Below are positions 44,158-53,404 of a stretch of 64,000 nt of DNA, in pieces. Origin of the DNA: Schizochytrium sp. TIO01 (Eukaryota; Protista; Bigyra: Labyrinthulomycetes); contig SMSO01000006.1 of the NCBI GenBank assembly GCA_004764695.1, positions 1,007,859-1,071,858 on the forward strand, read 5' to 3'. Under the pieces are notes generated by a model. That model saw only the letters and a program-made list of their open reading frames with translations. It was not told the DNA's origin and ran no database searches. Numbering within the stretch: the first letter of the stretch is position 1; each line of letters opens with the position of its first letter. The position numbers and the translations under genes were made by a program.

Positions 44158-47100
44158 ATGTCTACTCGCAGAGGGACCCTGCGCAGTGGCGCCAAGCGCC
44201 AAAGACCAACCACGCGGGCCTCGAGCTCCCAGTCATCCTCTGGTGATGGTCCCGTTGCCGCAGCCTCCGTGGAAGAGGGCTTGGCTGCTGGCACAAGCAG
44301 CCTCGATGCCTCTGTTGAGGGTACGAGAAGGCCTGTCTCGCGGGAAACGGGGTCAAACTCCAGCCCAAACTCAACCGTGAACCCAAATCGCCACGCAATC
44401 TCCAAGTCTCAGTCCAAGTCAAACTCTAAATCAGACTCAGATACCGAAGCGAAATCGACGTCAAAACCCGAGAAGAAGAGCTTGCAAAAGGAAGCAAACC
44501 TAAACGCAAAGCCGAATGCAGCTGCTCCGAGTCCGCGACGAGGCGCTCGAACCCGAAGCTCGCGCCGAGATGAAACAATAGAGTCCAGTCAGAGCACGCA
44601 ACAGATGCCAACAGCAACACCATCAAACTCCAGACTCAGCGAAGATGCTCGAACTCTTGATCATAGTCCGTCTACATCTAAACTAGTTTCTGACATTAGC
44701 ATTCGAGAGGGCACCAATGACACACAACAGAAACAAGCTCAACAAGAACCAACGAAGCAAATTCTATCGTCTTCATCACTGGATATTCAAAATAGGAGTG
44801 CCAATGTGTCTAGCAAAGATGTAGGTGCACTAGATGAACTTTTGGCGCATGCAAGCGATGACGAGACAGGCATGCATACCAAAACTGCTCATTCTGCTAA
44901 TGATAGCACATTCCAGGACTCACTGAGTCTTGCCACGGAGTCGATTGAAGACGACGACAGCAGTGATGATGAGGACAACTTCAATGTAGATGATGAGGAC
45001 GATGATTTCGATGATGACGAAATTACACAAATATACAAAAGTGGAATTAATACGGCAGAGCAAACCAGCAGGAACTATAGTCAGCCGAGGGCTTCTTCGG
45101 CATCTTCTGCGAAGGAAATACATCATGAACACGACAGCCATATTCAAGCCATCGGCGGTTCTAATACTAGCCAAACGAACATATCTTCAGAACATGTGTC
45201 CAACGGTACCACCGCCGCCACCAAAGGCGCTGGTATCAATGAAAACGAAGACTTTGCTTCTACTCATCCGGATACTAGCGCAGCTGCCATTAGTAGCAAT
45301 AGCAGCAGTATGACTGACGCTAATGACGACCACAGCACGAGAGCAACGGATGTCGTAATGGACCGCTCGAGCAAAACCGTGGTCCCTAGTACAATTCCTG
45401 GCAGGACCAATGATATTGAGATTGTCAGCGGTACTTCTGGCGTCAATTCTGTCAGTAATTCCAGCAATAAAGCTGAGACGGATGCTTCTAGTCACATTAA
45501 CGGTGTTACAGCTTCAATAACCAACTTTGGCGATGTCAATAGCAGCAGCGAAATGAGGAATGTTTTTCCTAGTCATCCAGATGAAGCAGCGGTTCCTCCC
45601 ATCAATACGACTACCAACACTGACAGTAGTAAAATTAATGGTGATAAGGGTGGGGAAGATGAATCAGGACACTTGAATGAGACTGTGAAACCTCGCACTT
45701 ATGCTAGTAGTGATATTAGTGATTTGGGCGGTCGTACTTCCCCAGGTCATTTGAATGCGCCTATAACCCTTGGCGAGAATGCTAGCAACTTCAACAGCAG
45801 TAGTAACAATCTCGACGTAAGCTCTTATGGCAATGGTGACATTAATTCCGGAGCCCCTCCACCCCCACCTGTGGCAAATGTTCCTGATAATCATGACAAT
45901 GACCTAGAGATTTTTTTCTCACCAGACGAGGATGTAGAGGAACAGTCTGGGCAAGAGAAAGCTGTGATAGAGCGAAGCAAATCCAAGAGCTCCAAAACAA
46001 ACACACGGAAGAAGAAAACCGTTACGTTCATTGCTCCAAAGGAAAAGGCTGGTCGTGGGAAGAAGAAACAAAACAAATCCAATGAGGATACTGGAAAAAC
46101 GAAGAATAGGGATCGATTAGAGGATGATGATGGTACCAACGACTACAAAGTGGTAGATAACGCGTATGATCATGCAGAACGTCTGGTAGAGGAGCTTGAA
46201 AGGAAGAAGAACGAGGTTGCAAATGGTGATTCTGATAACGACGACGATGAGGACGACGATGAGGACGGGAGTTCTGATGTGAGCGATGAAGTGTATATGC
46301 CAAAGGTTTCTTCTCTGTCGGCAGCGTTAGGCATGCAGCAAGTGAAAGAAAAACGGCCCCTACGCTGGCAACTGCGGAAAGCAATTCAATCAAGGCGGGC
46401 TAAGAAGGCAGAAAAAAAGGCACAGACAAGAATTGAACGAGCCCTCAAGTTCACCCCTGAACGTTCACTATTACATGTCACGAATAATTGGTCTTTGCCG
46501 GACAATGTCTTGAGAAACGTCTCTAGACTTAAGCATAGGCCCTATTTAGCCTCGAACGAGATTGATCATGCATCTGATTCAGCATCATCAGTATTGTCTT
46601 TAGCTGATGCAGCGGAGGGATACAAAGGTCTGGATAGTGATGAAGCATCACTTTCGTCGCGATCAAACACAGATGATGATGAAGAAAAGAGGCTAGTGAA
46701 AAAGCGAATTGCCCATTATGAATCCAACACGCTCCGTAGAGTTGTGGATAAACGACGTCTAAGTTTGCTTGCTGAGTCTTCTTATAGTGCAAACGCCCGG
46801 CGCAGACTCCGCAACATGCCTTATAGGAATGCAGAAAAGGCGAAGACTGTGATGACTGAAGTTGCAAGAGCTCGGAATCAACGTGCTTCGCAAATCCCCA
46901 AGGCTCTTGCTAAAGATCGCCCCCAAAAGCTTGTTTTACCTCGTTTAGCCCCTGCTGAAATGATTGGCGTTGATGCTCTTCGGTGTTATCCAGGTGTTTC
47001 CCAAGGTATTCCATGTCGTGTTGTTGGCCACCACCCTTCAGAAGGATATACGGTAGAATACAGCGACGGTGAGCATGAGACAATCAAAGATGTCAATGAT

Positions 47101-49707
47101 CTTCGTATTCTTGGAGAAAGAAGCTCTGGATTTAGAAGGCCTGTGGAAGCTGAGTCATCCAAAAAGAAAGCTCAAGAAAACTTTGAGATTGCCCCATTCA
47201 AGGGTGTTACCTGGAAAGCAGACCAGCGGGATGAGATTGACTCTTATATTGACGCTTTACGCATTTTGCAGGACCACAAAGCCGCTGATGTGCATGACCG
47301 AAAATCCTTTGTGAAAATTTTTGCACGAAATGAATCGGTAGGCCATACCAAATTCAAATCTATTGTTTCAGATTCTACTAAAAACGTCCCTCAGGAACTA
47401 AAGAATCGTGTGGATTATCATGCATTTGAGGACATGGGTCGGGCTCAAGAAATTGCGTGGGATTGTATACAAAGATGCATTATGAGGCAGCGCGGAAATC
47501 GCATTATTGGGTTGTCCCCGAAGATGGATATTCCAGGTCGCTCTATTGCTGGCTCCAGAGATAACATCGAAAGTGGCTTCAATGTCTTGCTTGAAGAGTT
47601 CAAAATTGAAGCTAAACTTAGGTATTGGAACAGAAACGGTCGCAATGATCTCATCCTAAAGCGAGCTCGCAAAGCTTACAAAAACATGAGTCACCGAGAA
47701 CGCGAACATTATATCCATACGGGGAAGGAGCTGAGGAAGCTTATGCGGGGTGATACGAAGCAAGTTCTGAATGCGCGCGATCGGGTTTATAAGAAGTTGG
47801 ACCAATGGATGCAAACTTCAAATCTTAACTCGGACTTTCCCACGTCACGTGGAAGTTTGCAAGAGTTCATTAAACGTCTTCGGATAGCAATTTTCCGCAC
47901 TGAGGTTTGTCGCCTATATTCTATCTTGAACATCAAAACTCTTTTCTCCAAAGCGGCAAATGCCATGACAACCGTCAGCATGGAAAATACGTTCTGGTTG
48001 CAACGCGGCCATATGCACTTGCGGAAGTCAGATTCGAGGGCAGATCTTCGAGATGAGATTATTTTTCTCAAGCGCAATTATATTGCCCTGGAAAACGAGT
48101 GTCGTTTTCGTCTTGGAAAAGGGACTCTGTCAAAAAGACAAATTCGATCTTTATGGAGCGCCTTAGATAGCATCGACGAAGATGGTTTCTTAGTCTCACA
48201 AGCACCCTCGGTGATTGATGAGATTGTACAGGATCGAAAAAAGCATTATCAAAAAAATGGAGACGAGTTGATCGAACATGCAGACTCTCATTTAATTTTG
48301 AAACGGGTGAAGCGTCATACATTTAGAAGCTACCTGGAAAATGAAGAAAAGAAGCTACGCTTTTTCATCTACACTGCACTAAAGTCAAGAGCGGCACGTT
48401 TGCAAATGGAAAACTTAAGGGCAAGTCTGCACGATTCAAAGATCCTCCATCTACGGTCTTTACAAAAAACAGAAGCTATTGCTAAAAGGATTGGCATCCG
48501 ACCTAAGACTGCTAATTCATCCCTGGTGCTTTCCAAGATAGACAATGCGCGTCGCCTCACATATGACCAGCAAGATGCGCATGATTGGTGGGATGTCGCA
48601 TGGCACCTTAACTCAGCTGGTCATCGAGTCCCTTACGGGGAGAAAAGTGAATCAGAAATGTCTGAAAACAATAGTGATGATGATCGTTTGAATGACTTTG
48701 ATCATGTTAACGCCGGTGAAGCCTCGCCTCACAGCCCTGCCGCGTCCCCGCCAGGGAGCCCCACGCTAAGTATTATGGGAAGTGAGAATAAGTCGAAGAA
48801 GAAGAGACGCCCATCTGTATTGAGCTCTAGCGATGATGATAATGCCGATGGCGATGCTAATGATGACAGCAAGGAGGATCCTAAGGAAGATTCTAAAGGA
48901 GAAATCAATGCACAGAAAAGGGTTAAGGAGAAGACATCTGATTTCTCTAAAACGAAATCCATGTCAAACCTTTCAGACCTACCTCGTAGTGGACGATTAT
49001 CAGGTATTATCAGCGACAGTTCCGAGGACGAACGTGGAATGACCTCCAAGGAGCGTGGCAAGTCCAAGTCCGGTTCAATGTCTTCAGTGTCTGTCTCTTC
49101 TTCTCTGCAAAAAGCTTCTTCCTCAAAGCGTCGACGGTCGGGAAGCTCTGATAGTCTAGCTAGGGATGACAGTCAAGATAAAAAACGCAAAATGGATGAG
49201 GAAAAGCTAAGGAAAGGCAAACGCCCTAAGCGCCAACGCTCTGCGCTAAGTTCTAGTTCCGATGACAGCGAAGAGGAGGATATCGTTACTACACAGCAGC
49301 ATGAACGAAACAAGAATGAAGATTTCACAAACAAAAGAGGCAGGAAAAGAAGCTCTTCGATCAGTAAATCCTCTGAAAATCTTGCTTGGAGTCCAGGATC
49401 TGGAAGCGCGAGCGATAACAATGGAGGTGACCAAGACAGCGATGACTCAGACTCCTCTATAGACGATGCTGGTGTGAGGCTTGGAGCAGGTGGGCAAACC
49501 CAGGCTTCTTTAAATAGCCAACCTCTTCCAGAATCCCCTGGTAGCGGTAGTGAGCAGGGCGAGCCGGGTGTTCAGACCAAGTCTGCTCTTTACGACGACT
49601 CATCATCTGACGAGTCTGCAGGTAACGACGAACAGGCCAACGCAGCAGCAAAGATGAGCCCAATGTCTGCACCGTCCCTGTTTTCCTCGTCATCTGGATC
49701 ACCTTGA
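44158..49707 (+). CDS. Large (1849 aa) mostly disordered putative nuclear/chromatin protein with Tudor-like and HMG-box-like segments
   Basis: Uninterrupted ORF with S/D/E/K-rich termini and several basic NLS-like clusters. Tudor-like PCRVVGHHPSEGYTVEYSDGEHETI lies at about 46969-47112 and HMG-like SGFNVLLEEFK...ARKAYKNMSHREREHY at about 47572-47739. The ORF is certain; the domain calls are tentative. Confidence 0.85.
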   Translation: MSTRRGTLRSGAKRQRPTTRASSSQSSSGDGPVAAASVEEGLAAGTSSLDASVEGTRRPVSRETGSNSSPNSTVNPNRHAISKSQSKSNSKSDSDTEAKSTSKPEKKSLQKEANLNAKPNAAAPSPRRGARTRSSRRDETIESSQSTQQMPTATPSNSRLSEDARTLDHSPSTSKLVSDISIREGTNDTQQKQAQQEPTKQILSSSSLDIQNRSANVSSKDVGALDELLAHASDDETGMHTKTAHSANDSTFQDSLSLATESIEDDDSSDDEDNFNVDDEDDDFDDDEITQIYKSGINTAEQTSRNYSQPRASSASSAKEIHHEHDSHIQAIGGSNTSQTNISSEHVSNGTTAATKGAGINENEDFASTHPDTSAAAISSNSSSMTDANDDHSTRATDVVMDRSSKTVVPSTIPGRTNDIEIVSGTSGVNSVSNSSNKAETDASSHINGVTASITNFGDVNSSSEMRNVFPSHPDEAAVPPINTTTNTDSSKINGDKGGEDESGHLNETVKPRTYASSDISDLGGRTSPGHLNAPITLGENASNFNSSSNNLDVSSYGNGDINSGAPPPPPVANVPDNHDNDLEIFFSPDEDVEEQSGQEKAVIERSKSKSSKTNTRKKKTVTFIAPKEKAGRGKKKQNKSNEDTGKTKNRDRLEDDDGTNDYKVVDNAYDHAERLVEELERKKNEVANGDSDNDDDEDDDEDGSSDVSDEVYMPKVSSLSAALGMQQVKEKRPLRWQLRKAIQSRRAKKAEKKAQTRIERALKFTPERSLLHVTNNWSLPDNVLRNVSRLKHRPYLASNEIDHASDSASSVLSLADAAEGYKGLDSDEASLSSRSNTDDDEEKRLVKKRIAHYESNTLRRVVDKRRLSLLAESSYSANARRRLRNMPYRNAEKAKTVMTEVARARNQRASQIPKALAKDRPQKLVLPRLAPAEMIGVDALRCYPGVSQGIPCRVVGHHPSEGYTVEYSDGEHETIKDVNDLRILGERSSGFRRPVEAESSKKKAQENFEIAPFKGVTWKADQRDEIDSYIDALRILQDHKAADVHDRKSFVKIFARNESVGHTKFKSIVSDSTKNVPQELKNRVDYHAFEDMGRAQEIAWDCIQRCIMRQRGNRIIGLSPKMDIPGRSIAGSRDNIESGFNVLLEEFKIEAKLRYWNRNGRNDLILKRARKAYKNMSHREREHYIHTGKELRKLMRGDTKQVLNARDRVYKKLDQWMQTSNLNSDFPTSRGSLQEFIKRLRIAIFRTEVCRLYSILNIKTLFSKAANAMTTVSMENTFWLQRGHMHLRKSDSRADLRDEIIFLKRNYIALENECRFRLGKGTLSKRQIRSLWSALDSIDEDGFLVSQAPSVIDEIVQDRKKHYQKNGDELIEHADSHLILKRVKRHTFRSYLENEEKKLRFFIYTALKSRAARLQMENLRASLHDSKILHLRSLQKTEAIAKRIGIRPKTANSSLVLSKIDNARRLTYDQQDAHDWWDVAWHLNSAGHRVPYGEKSESEMSENNSDDDRLNDFDHVNAGEASPHSPAASPPGSPTLSIMGSENKSKKKRRPSVLSSSDDDNADGDANDDSKEDPKEDSKGEINAQKRVKEKTSDFSKTKSMSNLSDLPRSGRLSGIISDSSEDERGMTSKERGKSKSGSMSSVSVSSSLQKASSSKRRRSGSSDSLARDDSQDKKRKMDEEKLRKGKRPKRQRSALSSSSDDSEEEDIVTTQQHERNKNEDFTNKRGRKRSSSISKSSENLAWSPGSGSASDNNGGDQDSDDSDSSIDDAGVRLGAGGQTQASLNSQPLPESPGSGSEQGEPGVQTKSALYDDSSSDESAGNDEQANAAAKMSPMSAPSLFSSSSGSP

Positions 49708-49971
49708 TTGCTGTGAAGGATATTTAGGGTGAACGAATAATAGACTGAGTAAAGGGTGATAAGAAAGAATGAACTATACCATGATACTCAGCTACTTTAT
49801 GCATATGTGTGCATGTGCGCATGTACGCACAATTAGATACGCGGGATTATCTTGAGGTTTGGCACCGCTAAGTATACCGCAGGGATAGCTGTAGACTCCC
49901 AAAGAAGCAAACAAAATCTATAAAATACTCTTATCATGACCACGCGTGGTAGAAGTACTGTTATTAAACTC

Positions 49972-52512
49972 TTACATAATTGAAAAAAGAATTTCATTTA
50001 ACGTGATGTTGCCGTCTTGCGGCCAGTTCCCCAAAGTCCTGTCTCGCATTCGCAGACCTAAAATTTCTAAATACGTGCTTCGATCTTCGGAGATACTTCC
50101 CGCTAATGCAAAAGCGAGCTTGGCCAAGTCCTTAGGAGTGCCTGCCAGTGCCAGATGCTTCAATCCGAGTGCATTAAGAATCGATCCGGACCAAGAGCTA
50201 TTTAAGCCCTGTGCAACAACAGGGACTTCGAGACGCAGGCTTTCTAGAGCTACGAGAAGAGCATCTGCACGTGCATCAATAGGTTCAATGACAACGTCCA
50301 CTATATCTCTAAGAAACGCCAAGTATGTTTGCCGAGACAGTCCACTTAGCATTTTAACACGTGCAAGATCAATTTTATGACGTGCTAGACGCCTCCAGAG
50401 CGAGGCGCGGCTTACACATTCATCAGATTCCCCATTCAACAATATGACAACGGCCGAAGGGTGTAGAACATGTAGTTCTTCAATTACGACATCAAACTCA
50501 GGAGCAAGATTCGAAGCATCACCTGCAACTAGAAAGTATTGCTCTTTCGCAAAAAAGAGTTGTCCTTGTACTGCTTGAGATGATTTTGGCAGAGTCTGCT
50601 CAGGAGGTGTAGACCAATTCCATAAATCTTGCAGGAGATTTATGTAGAAAGGAACCCTCAACTCAAATGGAATTCCCGAAAAGGTCCCTCCAAGGCGATC
50701 AAGCTCCCAATGATGAACCAAAGAAGCTATTTCAGGTACCATTGATAGAGTCAGTGCTCGCAAGTCCTTCATAGCATCAACAAAGATAATCTTTTCTAAT
50801 TTTGCTCGTTGAATAGTCAAAATTGATTTCTTGATGCTGTGTGGATTAAGGGATAAAACCGCACTGGGATCGACCAAATATCTTCTCATGGGTTGGGCCG
50901 GCCAGCTTAAAAGCACAATGTCTATATCCGACTTATACCATTGCAATTTACGAAGCAGAGGCACAAGAAGACGCCCAATTGTAGAGTTATAGTATTCGGA
51001 ACAAAACACGCCTACCAGTATCTTCTTGACATTTGTTTTGCTTATATCATCGTCAACGTGGGCTTTAGAGAGTCCTACAATCTCTCCATTATCTATTGTT
51101 AAATCACAAGTTGAAGTAATGGCTTTGTAAAGATGTTCTTTTGATAGCATCGATTGAGATAAGTCTAAACCTGCAGACAAAGTGAGGAAGTGCCATGCAT
51201 TGTCTTTACTTTTCAATGATTCGTTAGCTGCAAGAACTGTTAGGCGATGGTGCGAGGCTTCCATTTCACGATTTCGCAAAGATTCTGAGAAGTGGATGCG
51301 ATTGCTCTGAATAGCAGCGTGCAGCATTAATGCACCTCGACGATGGACATCGCCAAGTTGAGCAACAAATTGGAGGTGCCAGGCTGCTTGCTCCCAGGCT
51401 CCCAGTTTTCTTAAACGCTGAGCTACATTAAAGTGAAGTAAGCCTCGATTTAGCTCGGCATCATCAGCTTCAAACTGAGTGCCGGCAATCACAGTCCGTG
51501 TATACGCAGAATAAACTAGAACACAGTTTGCCTCTAGGGCGCCAGGCATGTAACCTTCGAGCGCAGAGTCTTTGCTGGATAACGCAGCCAAGGACAGGCG
51601 AGACGGCGCCCCATCTAAGGTCAGACTGTGCATAATGTGTGTTGCTAGCCATGAGCCCATGTCCTGACCAAGGCGGTCCTTGCGAAAAGAGGACTGATAT
51701 GAATGGTTAATATTTTGGAAAAATTGATGTTGCCTTTTCTCTGCAACTGCGCTTTGCTCTTGAATGAATTTGAGAAAAACGTCTCTAAATCCATCAAGGT
51801 CGCCTGTGATAAACAAAATCATAGCTAAATGGTTCAGAGCATCAGTATGTCTTGGGTTTTGAGCAACAATATGTTCATAGATATTCCTTGCCTCAATCCA
51901 GCGGCCAGCTCTTGCTGCACATAGACCAGTAAAGAACTTTATATTTTCTTTAACTTCAGGTATTGGATTATCCTCCAAGGCAGCGGACACTAACTGTTGT
52001 GCATGCAAGTCGCGGTTCTGTGCTGCCAACGTTCGCGCTGCTGAAAGGAGCACGGCAGGGCGATGCCGCACGGGAAATTCCGGCATAGCAATGACTTCAT
52101 CAAATGTATGATATGCCCTTGCATATTCTTTCCTAGCATACATTTCATCTGCTTCAATTACGCGGTCATACCACCTAAGCAGTCCCTTTTTGACACGAAC
52201 ATTGACATCAAATGGAACTCTTGCGTGTCCTGCTGCCATGATGGCTTCTTCTACTTGTGCTACGTCATTATAAGTTTGAGTTTCCCCACCCTCGCTAAAC
52301 CCTGTGTGCTTCAGTTCGTCAATCAGATCTTTTGTGTGTCCGCTCACCGCGAAGCCATGTAGTTTTCCTCCCCTCAACTGTAGCGTTCGAAAGACTACTA
52401 TAGGCGTTTCCACGGTTTTCGCTGCTATTAGATCGTTGCTCTGGCCTACCAAGACGCCTAAAATTGCCGCTATCGTCACACGAGTCGCCCGCCACGTCGC
52501 CCACAGCGTCAT
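49972..52512 (-). CDS. TPR-repeat protein with degenerate GT41 (O-GlcNAc transferase/SPINDLY-like) C-terminal region and N-terminal signal-like segment
   Basis: TPR-like helices (GRWIEARNIYEHIVAQNPRHTDALNHLA). GT41-like landmarks: ILVGVFCSEYYNSTIGRLL, IQRAKLEKIIFVD, LAPEFDVVIEEL, YLAFLRDIVDVVIEP and LESLRLEVPVV. Confidence 0.75.
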   Translation of the reverse strand: MTLWATWRATRVTIAAILGVLVGQSNDLIAAKTVETPIVVFRTLQLRGGKLHGFAVSGHTKDLIDELKHTGFSEGGETQTYNDVAQVEEAIMAAGHARVPFDVNVRVKKGLLRWYDRVIEADEMYARKEYARAYHTFDEVIAMPEFPVRHRPAVLLSAARTLAAQNRDLHAQQLVSAALEDNPIPEVKENIKFFTGLCAARAGRWIEARNIYEHIVAQNPRHTDALNHLAMILFITGDLDGFRDVFLKFIQEQSAVAEKRQHQFFQNINHSYQSSFRKDRLGQDMGSWLATHIMHSLTLDGAPSRLSLAALSSKDSALEGYMPGALEANCVLVYSAYTRTVIAGTQFEADDAELNRGLLHFNVAQRLRKLGAWEQAAWHLQFVAQLGDVHRRGALMLHAAIQSNRIHFSESLRNREMEASHHRLTVLAANESLKSKDNAWHFLTLSAGLDLSQSMLSKEHLYKAITSTCDLTIDNGEIVGLSKAHVDDDISKTNVKKILVGVFCSEYYNSTIGRLLVPLLRKLQWYKSDIDIVLLSWPAQPMRRYLVDPSAVLSLNPHSIKKSILTIQRAKLEKIIFVDAMKDLRALTLSMVPEIASLVHHWELDRLGGTFSGIPFELRVPFYINLLQDLWNWSTPPEQTLPKSSQAVQGQLFFAKEQYFLVAGDASNLAPEFDVVIEELHVLHPSAVVILLNGESDECVSRASLWRRLARHKIDLARVKMLSGLSRQTYLAFLRDIVDVVIEPIDARADALLVALESLRLEVPVVAQGLNSSWSGSILNALGLKHLALAGTPKDLAKLAFALAGSISEDRSTYLEILGLRMRDRTLGNWPQDGNITLNEILFSIM

Positions 52513-53404
52513 AGATCCTCAGGGGCCGGCAGGACCCCAGTTCCACTCAGATCGAGCCGTCCAATGTAAGGTCCACGTGGTCTGGCACCACGTCATTCAG
52601 GTCTTTCTTTCTGCCAGAAGAGAAAGGAAAATGCCTTTAGGCCCATATAATCTGAAAGACCCATCTATCTACCTCGGCTAGGGTCTATCTATTATTTTCA
52701 CTACCAGTACCAGCGTTGCGTCAGCAAAGACCATAGTCAGCGATGACCTTGTTCTTTCCTCCCTCTCTCTCTCTCTCTCTCTTGAGAACTGGTTTTACGT
52801 TCAGAATTGGCTTCTTCAATGCAGCGAGAGAGAGACAGGGGTCAAAGAGAAGGCAAAGCTTATGTCCTGCAATCGAGCAGTTTTCAAAGCTTTCGGATTA
52901 CTTCAGACCTGGTGGTGGCAGTTTAAGTTCGTAGAACTGTGCGAAATGGTGTGAATTGATTTTTGGACGGATTTCAGGATTGCATTCGGCACCATGAGAG
53001 AACCAAAGACGCGGTAGACTGAAAAGATAATTCAAAGCTACGCAGCTGATATACAAAAACAAAAAAACACAAAAACCAATAAAAAAAAGAAGAAAGAAAG
53101 ATAAGAAGAGTAGACCACGTGGACAATCTAAAGATGGTAGATATATAGGAACATAAAAACCTTCTTAGAAAGGAACATCAAGTTGAGGGAAAATCTTTTG
53201 GAAGGGGAACACAATGAGCAAACAGAATTTAGTATAGTTCCAGATGGTTCATGTCCCGGTTTGATACTAGCTATTTGGTGGACTTTTATGTTCGACGTGC
53301 CTCAGCAAACCTGAAACTTCACAGTAAGCCCGTCAATAATTCTGAGATAGGGTCCGCAAAAAGAGGGCTGATTAAGAAGAAAGTTTTGAGGAGGTGGAGC
53401 TAGC

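Noticed and set aside
52574-53122. CACGTG G-box/E-box sites in a divergent promoter region
   Set aside because: The number of CACGTG hexamers across the window looks compatible with chance, and enrichment cannot be shown by eye.
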